The translations under genes were made by a program, and so were the position numbers. Below are positions 50,533 to 63,028 of a stretch of DNA of 64,000 nucleotides, piece by piece. Source of the stretch: Callorhinchus milii (Eukaryota). Position 1 is the first letter of the stretch, and each line of letters starts with the position of its first letter. Location: the NCBI RefSeq assembly GCF_018977255.1, contig NW_024704742.1, forward strand, positions 116,128,001-116,192,000. Direction: 5' to 3'. The notes beneath the pieces are model-generated. The model made no database searches. It was not told the origin of the DNA and worked only from the letters and a program-made list of their open reading frames with translations.

Positions 50533-50620
50533 AATATAACTTTTGAAGCAGCTGAAGATGGACTGAGTCTGGATTTACCCACTAGTGAGGAAGCTTGTGC
50601 TGAAGTGAATTCAGATGAAG
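50533..50620 (+). CDS. ARHGEF28: ARHGEF28-like coding exon 6 (NITFEAAEDGLSLDLPTSEEACAEVNSDE), 88 nt
   Basis: Acceptor atttttcag, donor AAG|GTATGG, phase 0 to 1; acidic linker, open and phase-compatible. Confidence 0.7.
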
Positions 50621-53600
50621 GTATGGCTTGCAAGTTGTAAAGAGGGATCGCTATATAGTTAAGTGCAACAATAAGTTGTGCTTCTAATTTAATTTATAAA
50701 TCCTATCTAAGCTGCTTATTGGCGGAATGCAGACATTTCTGTGCATGCAGTTTTTAGTGGGATCAGCAGAATTCCTCACTCCTATATTTTTATATGCAGT
50801 ACCGGTGGGGGTTACATTGTTTGTGCTCAATTATATTACTGCTGCCTTTGCTCTGTGATGGATCTCACCAACCAAGGTGTTTGTGCCCCTGAGCACTTGT
50901 GGGCGAATGAGAAAAAAAATCATATGTTGAACTCTAAGCTCAGAGTCTCGGCTGACACTCCAATGCGGGTCCTTCAGACGAGACATGAGACCAAGCTCAT
51001 GGCTGCCTGAATGTTACAGATCCCATAGTACTATGCGTCGGCAAATACAGTCACTACACTTTACGGAAAATCTCTGTTGTGTATTTCAATCAAATTTTCT
51101 ATTCAATGGAACTTTCTTAAGAGGGTCCTTTGAATTCATTACTTTTGTCTTGAAGAATTCAAAAAGATGACAGGTGTAGTACATTAGTCCAGAGGGAGCT
51201 GAATACCTCTGGAAAATAGTCCTAACCTGCAAATCCTACTGAGGCCAGCCTTTGATGCTATCCTTGCCTTGCCAATAAAGTGAGTTTCTCCCAGTATCCT
51301 GGTCAACAATACCCCATATAAAATTGGACATTCACTTCATGGCTGTTTGTGGGACATTGCTCTGAGCAAATTGGCTGCTTTATTCATCCATCCATGATAT
51401 ACACAGTCACTCCACTTTGCAGTATATCTTGTGAAGGGCTTTGGGACATCCTCCCTTTGTGATAGCTGGTATATCAATGTAAGGATTATTATTAGAACTA
51501 TGCAGTAAACTTCAAGAAAACAAAACTTAATATGTTTGATATTCTCAAATCAAAGTCTCTGTCGCCCTCCGGCCACTCTTTCCCAGTTTCAACCCACCGA
51601 CCGCCCCAGAAATCTAACTGAGATCATCATTGAAATAGAGTTCCTTCGACACATCTAAATATCTGTAGAATTCTTTAGTTACAAATCAATTCACAACTCT
51701 TGCAAATTAGACACTGCTATTGCACTGGCTCCTGAGAGTCCAGGAGTCAGTGCAATAACATCTCTTGTCTTGGTGGCTGAAAGCCCTGTGTTTATAATAA
51801 TTGATGCTCTTGTTCTTTAAATCTGATCTGTTAATATATGTGTCCTGTTCTTGATGGATACACTGACCTCATATGGATCCAGCCGGAGCATGCACACATT
51901 GTGTGACCTCCAATTTGATATTGGTTCAATTTAAGTAACAATCTGCATCAGATGGGATATTTAGATCGTTATTCCCACCTTGATCAGCGTTACAGAATCA
52001 GATGGTCAGAGTGTGGGGTTGCAATAATGAGTTACTTCAAAAACTTACCATAAACCATTTCCGGAGAAGTACTCTAACATACATCAGAAATACAGCAGGT
52101 GGAGCTGTGTACTTAAGTTAGTTGAGTCTGAGCAGAGCAAAATAACACAGCTGTAATACAGGTTTCCTTACAACATATTGGGTTGTGGACACCACCATTT
52201 TTCTTATCTCCTTATCGCACTCCAATGGGATTTGAAGCACAATAACACATTTAGAAGTGTGACATAACAATCTGAAGTGTGATGTGGCCATGGGAGCAGA
52301 TGGCCAGCTGGCTTTCTGTACACGTGAGGTGGAGTCAACAATCGTGATCAATGACATTAAGAAGCACAAGTGTTGACTTGCGGCAGCTCCTTCTCACATT
52401 ATATGGCAGGGTGGAATTTTATTGATCCCTTCTCAAATCCCCTTGTCCCCTGCCAACTATCTCCTTATAATGGGGATCTCCTGTGTAGCTAAAAATTCAA
52501 GTGTTCATTATAAATCTGAAACAAAAGATAAGACAACATATATATTATGATCTCTTTTGGTTTTTAAACTTGTTCATCAGAGGAGTTAACCTGCACTGGT
52601 CCTAATCGCATTCTAAAACCTAGTTCAGAATAAATTGGTCACTCACCTCCTGTCTATTTGTGGGACTTTGCTATGCCCAAAGTGGCTACCATGTTTGCCT
52701 ATGGATACATTCTCTATAGTTAATAGTAAATCTATGGCATAAATCAAGAAATATTCAATCAAGAGAATTTATTTTGTTGGCTGAAAAAAAAGATTGGCCA
52801 CAACTGCGTTAAGGCCATTAGACTCACTGGCAATCATACTCTTTAAATTAGAGCTAAATGAGTTAAAAGTTAATCCAGAAAGCCTTTCTTCAGACAGAGG
52901 ATTATGTGAATAGGAGAATGTACTGTCCCAGAAGGTATTAGATGCAGAATAAATTGTTGTTTTATGAGAAAGAGAGAAAAAGGGGTATTGATTGAGAAAG
53001 ACAGAGAAATCAGATCAGAAAAATAAATTGATTTGAAATAATGTAATGGGTGAGCAGGCTAGATGGGATAAATGGTTACCCTGTATCTCTTATCTGAACT
53101 CACACCTGTCACCAGCTCGGACAGATATATTTATATTGCTGTCAGCAGTACTGCTGAGGTTGGTGTGTCTCAGATGCTCTGGGTGACTCCATTGCAATGC
53201 ACATGCGAGAAGCTGACATTAGGGTAAAGTAAATGGGATGTGTGTTTTATACATTACTACTGCTGATAATAATAATAATCCTTGTCTCTTTTATTGCACC
53301 TATAAGGTGAAAATATCAAAGCATTTCACAGGGTTTTCTATAAAGTGTAGTGACTGCATTCTTTAAGTGCATTTGGCGGCTAATTTGCCCACAGCAATGA
53401 TCCACAACTGCCTGTGAAGTGAATGACCAATTTTATCTAGGAGATTGTTGGCCAGGACACTGGAAGAAACCCCTTTTCTTTTCTAGTAATTTCCTGAGAT
53501 CTTCAGCATCCATCTTAATAGGCAATGAAGATGTCGGTTTAACATCTTATCCGAAGGACGGAACCTCCGATAATCCATCGCTTGCCCTGTATTTGGAGTG

Positions 53601-55319
53601 TCGGAGTATGAGTCTGGCCCAGGAGCTCAAGTCCTGACTTGGAGCAAGAGATGGATTAAAAACTATAACAGTCTTCCCCGAATGGGGAACTCTTGTTAAA
53701 ATGGGTCTTTTTCACAAACTTGTACATTGAACTAAATAGTGTCACATTTCAAGCAAGCTACAGATTGGATCACATTGCAGAATCATTGTGCCTGAATCCT
53801 CAGATAATATTTTACCTGCAAGCGATGCACTTGAGTCTTCTAGGTCTGCACTTACCTTGTGTACATACAGAGAAGCTCAATCATCAGAGGTTATTTGGCT
53901 GTTCTAAATCAGCCATTGTTCACAAATGAAGTGCGTTGGTTCTCTACTCAGTGGGCTTGATCTAGTTTACAGTTATTTCAAAACATTGTTTAATGTTTCT
54001 TATATCCTCATTCATGATTTCCATAGCAACAGGCTCAGTGTAGTCTGTGTGAGGGTATAAACTGATCAGTCTGACTCTTTGTAACTTTGCTTTAACAGAT
54101 TGCTTTACAGATGGTTTAGCCAGCTTGTGGGGTTCACTGATTTGCGATCATCCAGTTCTTTTGAAATGTTTAATATGAAGGATGTACTGTATCATTTACA
54201 ATGTGCTTGCTTTTTCAACTAAAATTGTGTTTCAGTCTAGCTCAGTGCAACGTTTTTGGAGTATTTATAATCTGAATTACAATTTACAGAGCCAAGGTTC
54301 AGAATATCCCTAACTCCCCTGGCCCCTCACCTTCTTTCCCTGCCCCCTCACTTGTCATCCAATGGGATGCAGTAACATAGGCATTGGGTGCTCTTTGGCA
54401 TTTTGCCCAAGTGAGAGAGTGTTGAGTTTAACAAACAGTTGCCAGTTTTGTTGACTGCAGTGGGCATCACAGGCAAACTGTGATCGTGTCCTCAAACATG
54501 CACCTCTCTTTCAGAGTATTTGGATAGCGATCCAAGAGTAGGAACTCCGTCTGATTTTTTCCCCTTTTTAACCCAGGGTTGCTAAGTCCAAATTGACACA
54601 ATAGTTTCTATCTCCTGCCTTGCTGGTTGAAACAACTACTCAGTTCAGTGATTTGAACATGTGGTCGGTCTCCTATTGTGAATGCCTCAGCATTGCTGCA
54701 GGTCAATCAATGGGGGAGTGACCAATGATTATAAATCAAAGTTCAATCTTAATGACGTAATCAGCAAATTCCTTCATCCGCGTAGAAAAAAGAAGTTGCC
54801 ATTTTTAGACTCAGTGAACTGCTGAATCTGAGGGATAATCAGAGATTGGAGATGCTTATAATTAAAATTGTCATCATTGCGTTGGGTGAAAAAGGTGCAG
54901 TCAAACTGCAAGTCGAAGACTCCCCGAAGTGCTTATTCTATGTGCATTCTGAGTGAATGCAGTAGGTTTCGAGTTCAATTCAGAAGTCACCAAGCAATGA
55001 TAAATTCAAAACCATTTGGAGAAGCATGTTTCATTCCAGTCGACATATTGAAAGTAACAATACTCCTATAATGTCTGTACAGGAACAGGTTAAATTGATT
55101 GAAATAACTTGTGCTGTAATTTATTCAAGGCTGTATTGTGCTGCGTTCCACATTTTCTATGTACGCATTGATAACATTGCACCAGAAACTATTGCAACTA
55201 TTGTTTTTTTAAAAAAAAGTCAGCAAAATCTCCATGTGCAGAAAAACTGACCAAGCTCCACAGAAGGCGGTGACTAAACCTTGTGTTGTCAAGTAGTTAC
55301 AATTTTTTTTCTTGCTCAG

Positions 55320-55393
55320 GAGCTTGTCAAGAGATCTCAACCAGTGGAACTGATGCACTATCAGGAAATACAGACATGGAAGCCTGTGCAGAG
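55320..55393 (+). CDS. ARHGEF28: ARHGEF28-like coding exon 7 (GACQEISTSGTDALSGNTDMEACAE), 74 nt
   Basis: Acceptor ttttttttcttgctcag, donor GAG|GTAATA, phase 1 to 0. It supplies exactly the phase needed to join the neighbouring exons. Confidence 0.62.
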
Positions 55394-57460
55394 GTAATAA
55401 CTTTCCTGTGACCCCAGTTAATAATGATAATAATAATAATCCTTGCATTTGATATAGCGACTTATCATGTCTTTGAGACGTCTCAAAGCACTTCACAGAA
55501 TATGCTGTAAAGTGGATTGACTGTATATTTTGTGGGCAGTTAAGTTTTATCTTTTTTACTGATTCTGTCTAATGACACAAGTATAGCAGTTTTTAAATGA
55601 TTTTGTTTTTCTCCCTTTAATTTTCTACCCACTTGCTGGAAGACACTGCCTTCTGGCTGGGTTATTGTCTTTTAATGACAATTTGGACTTGTATAGCACC
55701 TTTCACATAAGCAAACATCTCAAAGTACTTTACCAAACCTGAGTGGGAAACCATGCAAAGGAGTGATGTAAAAGGGAGATAACCAATGACGTAGTTGAAG
55801 AGGTAGGTTTTGAAAGGCAAGAGGGAGAGGCGGGGAGTTCCAGAGAGAAAGAGCAAAGTGTTTGAAAGGTCATCTGGCAATGGTGGGGCAGAGTCGGGGC
55901 ATTCGGACAGGCACTGGGCAGTCCAATGCAGTAGGTTTGACTGATCATCCTCTAATACCTACCTAATTGGGAATTTGCCATAGATAAATGTAGACAGTAA
56001 GTGTTTGCAGTCTTTGTGACTAAAGGGACAAGACAGCTAAGCCTGATCCTGTTCTCATCCACACCTTTAAGTGAGAATCATTATTCTTCCCCTCCCTACC
56101 CTAAGCATACTGAAGATAATTGTGCATTATCACTCTAGCTATCTCAGTATAGATTTGTAATCGAGCTTGGGTCATTTCAATTCGGTGTGGCTTAGCTACA
56201 GTGAATTTTCTCAACTTGATGGGTGAGATGCCCATTTACTTAATGTTTGTGTTTGTCCAATATATAGCCTTATTCTTCAGGCTATTAACGATTCATTTGG
56301 ATTTCTTTAACTGAGCTTCTAATGCTTTAAAATATATTTAGATTTTATGGACTCCATCCACTGCCGTGTAATAGGTCTTTGCTGTATAAAGGGGTAATCA
56401 TTTTCCCCTGTTCAAGCATCCAGAGGTACAAAACTTTGGCTCTGATCAGAACTAGTGTTCGAATCAGGGACGCACAAGTGTGCTTGCCATACGATGGAAC
56501 GACTGGAGGAAACATTTACATTGTGAGCAATTTTTCTGATCCCACCACTGATGTTGCCACTGGAGCACTTTACAAGATGCAATTGACTAATGAAACGATA
56601 AGGGATTTGTCCAGACTTTAATTATTCAGAATACATAAACTAATAAAGTAAGCAGCCCAGTTTGTAGCATAGCTGGGGATCAATGGTGATAAGGTGTAAT
56701 TAGGACAATTAGGACAAGAACACTGAAACTCGCAAGTAATTCAGGTCAGATGTGAAGCCAGGATTTCCTTAAATACAGGGTTGCGCTGCTTTGGCCTTTG
56801 TTTGTCAGAATGTTTTTAGATGTAATCAACAAAGCGAAAGGTAAAAAAAAACTGAAAGGAAAACTCGCCCATACAAGTTGCTCATATTAATGTGACCATT
56901 GGAATAAACCGCATTTGAGATCAATACTGATATGGTAAATCCTATTTAAGGTCAACTGTTTTGTGCATAGAATAATTCCCATTTGCTGTAGTATATACTC
57001 TGCAGTATATGAAATTGTGCTGAAAGTCAATACTGTACTTCGGGTTCACAATTTTAGAATTGTGTCTCCACCGACTCCTTACCCCATCGCATATGGTCAA
57101 AGGTGTAGGTTTTAATGCGGAACTTGAATAATGATAGAGAGGGGTTGAGACAGGTGGTGATGGGAATGAGTTGATGGAAAGGCGATTGGGCAGGGGATCG
57201 AGAAAGGGCGTTCAAGAGACTAAGGCTGTAGAATCGGACTCAACGTTGTGATATTTCGGGCAGAGTTTTAATTACTTTCGGTCCAAGATGATTCAGCACA
57301 GTGATGATTAAGACAACAGCAGCAACAACTTGCACTTATATGGCACCCTCACGCAGGATAGCATCTCAGAGCGCTTAAAGGCACTCAGTGCCATGGATTA
57401 AGAAGACCTGCTATCATCTTTTATATAACTAATTTCATCTCCATTTTCCCCTTTCTTTAG

Positions 57461-57533
57461 TTGCTGAGTATTTGTGCTTCAGATGAAGCAGATTTTTCAG
57501 TGGATGAAGATGATCCAACCTCACTAGATTCAG
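57461..57533 (+). CDS. ARHGEF28: ARHGEF28-like coding exon 8 (LLSICASDEADFSVDEDDPTSLDS), 73 nt; gene continues past the window
   Basis: Long pyrimidine tract ending ctttctttag, donor CAG|GTAAGG, phase 0 to 1. The ending resembles recalled HEDQHSLDL. Confidence 0.68.
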
Positions 57534-58639
57534 GTAAGGAAGAGCAATCAACCAGACAGGGATATTGAAGAGCATTTTATCGTAATTCTCTATACATGTG
57601 GAAACTCTGCATGTCTTGGATTGAAAAAGATGTAGAATGTTCTTGTTTGGATACACTTAAGCATAGCGATGGGTTTCCGCACGTGTCAGACACCCGCTGA
57701 CCATAAGAAGAGAATGTAAGAGGACGTAAAGAAGGAAATCTGTAGGATTGAGATAATAGGAAAGAATGAGTTTGAGTAGCTGACAGAGAGGCACGGCTGA
57801 TTTTAATATAGTATGTCTCACAAGTCGAGAGGAGTCAGGTTCCTGATTCTCCAGATAGATGTCTTCCTAACTGATTGGAGCATGACAGTCTGGAGACCTA
57901 CCAAATAACTGGGAGTCAGGATAGCCCTGGTGACTTGTGAGATACAGCACAGGAAAGAGGCACTTGCTTGGGCCACCAATCCTTATCTGCCAATAATCTT
58001 TAGATGTTTTCCTGTATGAAAGGTGCTAAATAAGTGCAGGATGTTTTTGAGTTTGCATTTGATATAATACTGTATTTCTGCATAACTGACTTTTGTGATT
58101 TTGTGTACGGATAGTTCCGTTTTGTAGTTTTGATATTTTTTCGTTAACTAAACGTGTTTCTAATCTAGAATGACCATCGAAGTGAGAAACCTTAAATCAT
58201 GTGTTATAAGTCATTAATAGTCTAACAAACCTGGTGATGTCAGCAACATTGCTTCAGAGACGACAGCGATGACCTATATGATCCTCCCACCATGAGGAGC
58301 TACGTGATTGCGAAACTGGAATTACCAACACTTTGTCTTTAATTAACAGGAACATTCTGTAACTAAAGGAAATAATGAACCAGTTTTTACTTGACATTTT
58401 TTAAATATTTCACCCAATAGCAGTCCCGAACACCTCCCATCACCCCCCTCCATGCTAGGGATATAAAGCTACTCAACGTAAGTCTTTCCCTTGGACTCTG
58501 AAAGATCATCATTTAAGCTTCAATAACATTGATACAAAACACAAACCTGTATACATAATATCTGCTTTGTTGGATTTATGAATCTAGAGAGGATGTAATT
58601 TCTTTCTCGCCTCGCAACTTCCAGCAATGTCCACTTGTG

Positions 58640-58935
58640 ATTTCCCCCCAGCATAAACCTTTTTCTTAAAATTGCAGTGTCTTAGTCACCATCGTTCCTG
58701 GTAACCTGTTCCAGTTGTTGATTACTGGTGTCAGTCCTAAAGTTCCCCTTCACTGAACCTGTGCCCTCTGTCCTCTCAAAGTATTAATCTATTTATTTTC
58801 TGCATCACTTTTAGCATTTTCTATACTTCTGTAAAGTTCTCTAAAATATCTCTTTCCGAGGCTATTTAGTAGTCCTCTTAGCTCGTCCCTCTAACACTAG
58901 AGATCAGCCTCATTGTTCTCCTCTGCACTGGGTTT
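58640..58935 (-). mobile_element. CR1 fragment; continues at about 61458-61515 on the far side of the L2
   Basis: ggtaacctgttccagttgttgattac, gtgccctctgtcct, ctcctctgcact; ccagaactgtatgtagtaatccaaacgtggcctgaccag resumes the CR1 antisense sequence. Confidence 0.6.
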
Positions 58936-59009
58936 AAGCCAAGCCACCTCACTTGTGTCACAGTGGCCAGAAATGTGACACAAGTGAGCTGCCCTGGCCA
59001 ACTGACCCG

Positions 59010-61420
59010 GACGCTACCCCTGAGACACCCGGGGCTTCAGTGTCTCGGATGTCACCATTACCGATAAGGCCATCTCCGATCACCACTTCATCTCCTTCAC
59101 CACGTCCACCCGCCTCCCTACCTCCACCAGACCCACCACCATCTTCTACTGCCCCTGGAAGAAGTTACCCCCACAATCCCTAACCGCTGCCTTGGAGTCC
59201 TCTGAACTCCTCTCCCTCTGGCCTTCATCCCCCACTGACTCCTCTTCTGCTCTCACCCTCCTCCACAACACCCTCTCCTCCACACTCGACACTCTTGCTC
59301 CCATCACCTCCCATACTGTCTCTTACTCTCGCTCCTCCCCCTGGTTCACCACCCACCTCCACTCACTGAAGAGCCAGGTGTGGGCCGCTGAACGCACCTG
59401 CCTCAAATCTGGCCTAACGGTCCACCGGCAAATCTGGCTGGACCTCCTCAAAACCTACCGCTCCACTCTAGCCTCGGCCAAGTCATCTTTCTACATCAGG
59501 ATAATCCTGGAGCGAAGAACAACCCCAGGCTTTTATTCTCTCCGACATCCCGAATCCTCCGTCCACCCCGCCACCCCGCGCAGTGTCATCTCCTCCAACC
59601 TTCAGGAGATGCTGGATTTCCTTGAATCCAAAATCAAGGGAAACCGCTCCGCGGTCACTACCCCTCTAACTTCCACCCACCCACCACCCCTTCCCTCCCA
59701 CACTCCCGACTCCTACCCATCCTCCCCTACACACCTTCAAACCCGTTTCCCCACCTTCTGTCACCAAACTCATCCTGTCCTTGAAACCCACCACCTGCTC
59801 CCTGGACCCCATCCCCACACCACTCCTTATCTCCCAGCTCCACCTCCTTGCCCCACTTCTCACAGACACCATTAACCTGTCCCTCTCCTCTGGCTCTGTT
59901 TCCATTCCCCTCAAAACTGCCACCATCACTCCCATACTGAAAAAACCCTCCCTTGATGCGTCGCAGCTATCAAGCTACCGGCCCATCTCCAACCTCCCCT
60001 TCCTGTCCAAGGTTCTCGAAAGAGTCGTCGCCTCCCAGCTGCGCTCTTTCCTCTCCACCCACTCACTTCTTGAACCCCTCCAGTCGGGTTTCCGTGCTGC
60101 CCATAGCACAGAAACTGCCCTGGTCACGGTCACTAATGACATCTTGACCATCTGCGACCAGGGCTCCCTCTGCCTCCTTGTCCTCCTCGACCTATCGGCC
60201 GCATTCGATACGGTCGACCACGCTATCCTCCTCCACTGCTTGTCCTCCCACCTCAACCTTCAAGGCCCTGTCCTTGAGTGGGTTAGGTCCTACCTCTCCC
60301 ACTGTCTTCATTTTGTCTCTGCAAACGGCTTTTCCTCCCGCCCCCGCACTGTGTCGTGCGGTGTCCCTCAGGGCTCTGTCCTCGGTCCCCTCCTCTTCAC
60401 CCTCTATACGCTCCCCCTTGGTGACATCATCCGCAGACATGGGGTTAACTTCCACATGTATGCGGATGACACCCAACTCTACCTTTCCTCCTCTACCCTC
60501 AACTCCACGACCACCGATGTCCTGACAGCCTGCCTGTCCGACATCGAATCCTGGACGAGAGACAACTTTCTTCAGCTCAACGTGCGCAAAACTGAGGCCC
60601 TCCTGATTGGCTCGCGTCAGCGCCTCCGCACCTCAGGCGCTGACAGCATCAGCATCCAAGGCTGCACTCTCCACCTCTCAAAGCCAGTCAGGAACCTCGG
60701 GGTTCTGTTCGACCCTGAGCTGTCCTTTCTTCCCCACATCCGCGCCACAGCTGGCACTGCCTTCCACCACCTCCGGAACATCGCCAGACTACGGCACTAC
60801 CTCACCCCTCACGCTGCTGAAACTCTGGTCCACGCCTTTATCACCTCAAGGCTGGACTATGGGAACTCTCTCCTCGCCGGCCTTCCCGCCACCTCCCTCC
60901 ACAAGCTGCAGGTCATTCAGAACTCTGCAGCTCGTGTACTGTCCCGCACCAGGCTTCGGGACCACATCACTCCCACCCTCGCTCGCCTCCACTGGCTCCC
61001 CATCCCCCAGAGGATCGAATTCAAGATCCTCATCCTCACCTACAAGGCCATTCACGGCCTCGCTCCCTCCTACCTCTCCGACCTACTATCCCCCTACCTA
61101 CCTGCCCGTACCCTCCGTTCCTCTGGCTCCGGTCTGCTCCACATCCTCTGCCGCAACCGCCCTACCATCGGCCCTACCATCCCCCAGTGCCTTCGCCTTG
61201 CTTCCTCCCTTTCCTCCTTCAAGGCCGGTCTCAAGACCTTTCTCTTCAACCGTGCCTTCACCTCCCCTCTCGACTCTCTACCCCCTCCTCGCTCCCTCCC
61301 TTCCCTCCCTTCACCCTGACCATTTCTCCCCTGATCGGGTCCCGACGCAACTGTCCAGCCCCTTAGGATGTCCTCCTAATGTGAAAGGCCCTCTATAAAT
61401 GCAATCTTGTTGTTGTGTGA
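59010..61420 (+). mobile_element. 5'-truncated L2-clade LINE: end of APE endonuclease, reverse transcriptase, 3'UTR and (TTG)n tail
   Basis: ISDHH endonuclease C-terminal motif near 59070-59090; SPWFT; the 512-aa ORF has [43 protein letters not shown] and YADD (60459-60470); frameshifts upstream; tail ...ctctataaatgcaatcttgttgttg. Confidence 0.95.
59781..61319 (+). pseudogene. L2 ORF2 reverse transcriptase reading frame (no true start; 12-aa internal deletion near the C-terminus)
   Basis: Complete non-LTR RT motif set, but the frame is broken from the upstream endonuclease part and the AP-LWN motif is lost. Confidence 0.88.
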
Positions 61421-61835
61421 AATTGAGCTACATAAATGTAAGTTGTTGTTGTTGTTGTCCAGAACTGTATGTAGTAATCCAAACGTGGCCTGACCAGAGC
61501 ACTGTATGGTTTAAATTGGAAAAGATCAGTTTTAATAAACCTGGGCATTGCTTAGAAACCATTGACCTTTAGAAATGTAACAGCACAGAAGAAGGCCATT
61601 CGTGTCTGAATTGTATCACATCCCTGGTGGACCAAATTGAGAACCAATTAAACTAGTTCTGAATCACTGCATACTACATTCTCAATACTTCCAGAAACTC
61701 TGCCTTTGCTAAATGGAACCGCTGATATTACACCAAATTTCCTGTAATAATAATATAATAAATTGGTCACTTCAATCCCTGACTGTTTGTGGGATACTGC
61801 TGTGCACAATTGGCTGTTTCACCCACAATATGGGT

Positions 61836-62161
61836 GTGGAGTCCTGTAGCTCAGTGGTTAGAGCACTCGCTTTGCAAGGGAGAGACCTGAGTTCAATTCC
61901 AGGCAGGTCAGGGCGAAACCTTGGGCAAGTTTCCTTACTCCACACAGAGCCTAATAATAATCCCTCTAAACCCAAAAACAATAATAAATTGGTCATTTTC
62001 AATCTACGACTGTTTGTGGGACATTGCTGTGTGCAATTGGCTGCCGCGTTCGCCCACAAATATACAGTCACTTCACTTTACAGTGTGTTCTGTGAAGCGC
62101 TTTGGGACGTCCTCCCGACGTGAAAAGCGCTATATCAAATGCAAGGATTATTATTATTATT
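61836..62161 (+). mobile_element. Full-length young tRNA-Deu SINE nested in an older same-strand copy (about 61745-62262)
   Basis: The older Deu core precedes the insert and the older tail follows it. Confidence 0.9.
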
Positions 62162-62709
62162 AATATACTCAGTGAATTTACTTTACAGTATATTCTGTGA
62201 AGCGCTTTGAAACATCTCGAAGCCATAAGGCGTTTTATCAAATGCAAGGATTATTATTATTATAACCTCCCAGAAAGGGGATTGCCCAATATTGCCCACC
62301 TTAAATAACAGACTGAGAAATATGATTGACTGGAATGCTTTGTAACTGAGGTAAATAAATAACCAGTTTGGACCAGAATAACTATTAATATTTTTCAAAA
62401 TTGCAGCAAAGAACACAATGTGACAAAGTTTGTTACTATATTTATCAGAGATACTAATCTTATTAGGGACACTATTTTAACGATACTGAGACTATGGCTG
62501 GAAATGCAATTGACCCTTTTACCCTCATAATAATAATAATAATCCTTGTATTTGATATAGCGCTTTTCACGTCTTCTAGACGTTTCAAAGCGCTTCACAG
62601 AATATATTGTAAAGTGAATTGACTGTATAGTTGTGGGTGAAATGCGGCAGCCAAATGCGCACAGCAGTGTCCCACAAACAGTCGTAGATTGAAGTGACTA
62701 ATTTATTAT

Positions 62710-63028
62710 GTGGAGTCCTGTAGCTCAGTGGTTAGAGCACTCGATTTGCAAGTGAGAGACCTGAGTTCAATTCCAGGCAGGGCGAAACCTTGGGCAAGTT
62801 TCCTTACTCCACACACCACCAATAATCCCTCCAAAACCAAAAACAATAATAAATTGGTCATTTTCAATCCACGGCTGTTTGTGGGACATTGCTGTGCGCA
62901 ATTGGCTGCCGCGTTTGCCCACAAATATACAGTCAATTCACTTTACAGTGTGTTCTGTGAAGCGCTTTGGGACGTCGTCCCGACGTGAAAAGCGCTATAT
63001 CAAATGTAAGGATTATTATTATTATTAT
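62710..63028 (+). mobile_element. Full-length young tRNA-Deu SINE nested in an opposite-strand copy (62529-63161)
   Basis: The minus-strand tail and core lie at 62529-62709 and the minus-strand head at 63029-63161. Confidence 0.9.

Noticed and set aside
59781..61319. Active or domesticated reverse transcriptase gene
   Set aside because: TTG pseudo-start, 5' truncation, frameshifts upstream and a C-terminal motif deletion; an ordinary young L2 copy.
60607..61398. 263-aa Ser/Pro-rich overlapping ORF
   Set aside because: Alternative frame of C-rich L2 sequence that is naturally poor in stop codons.
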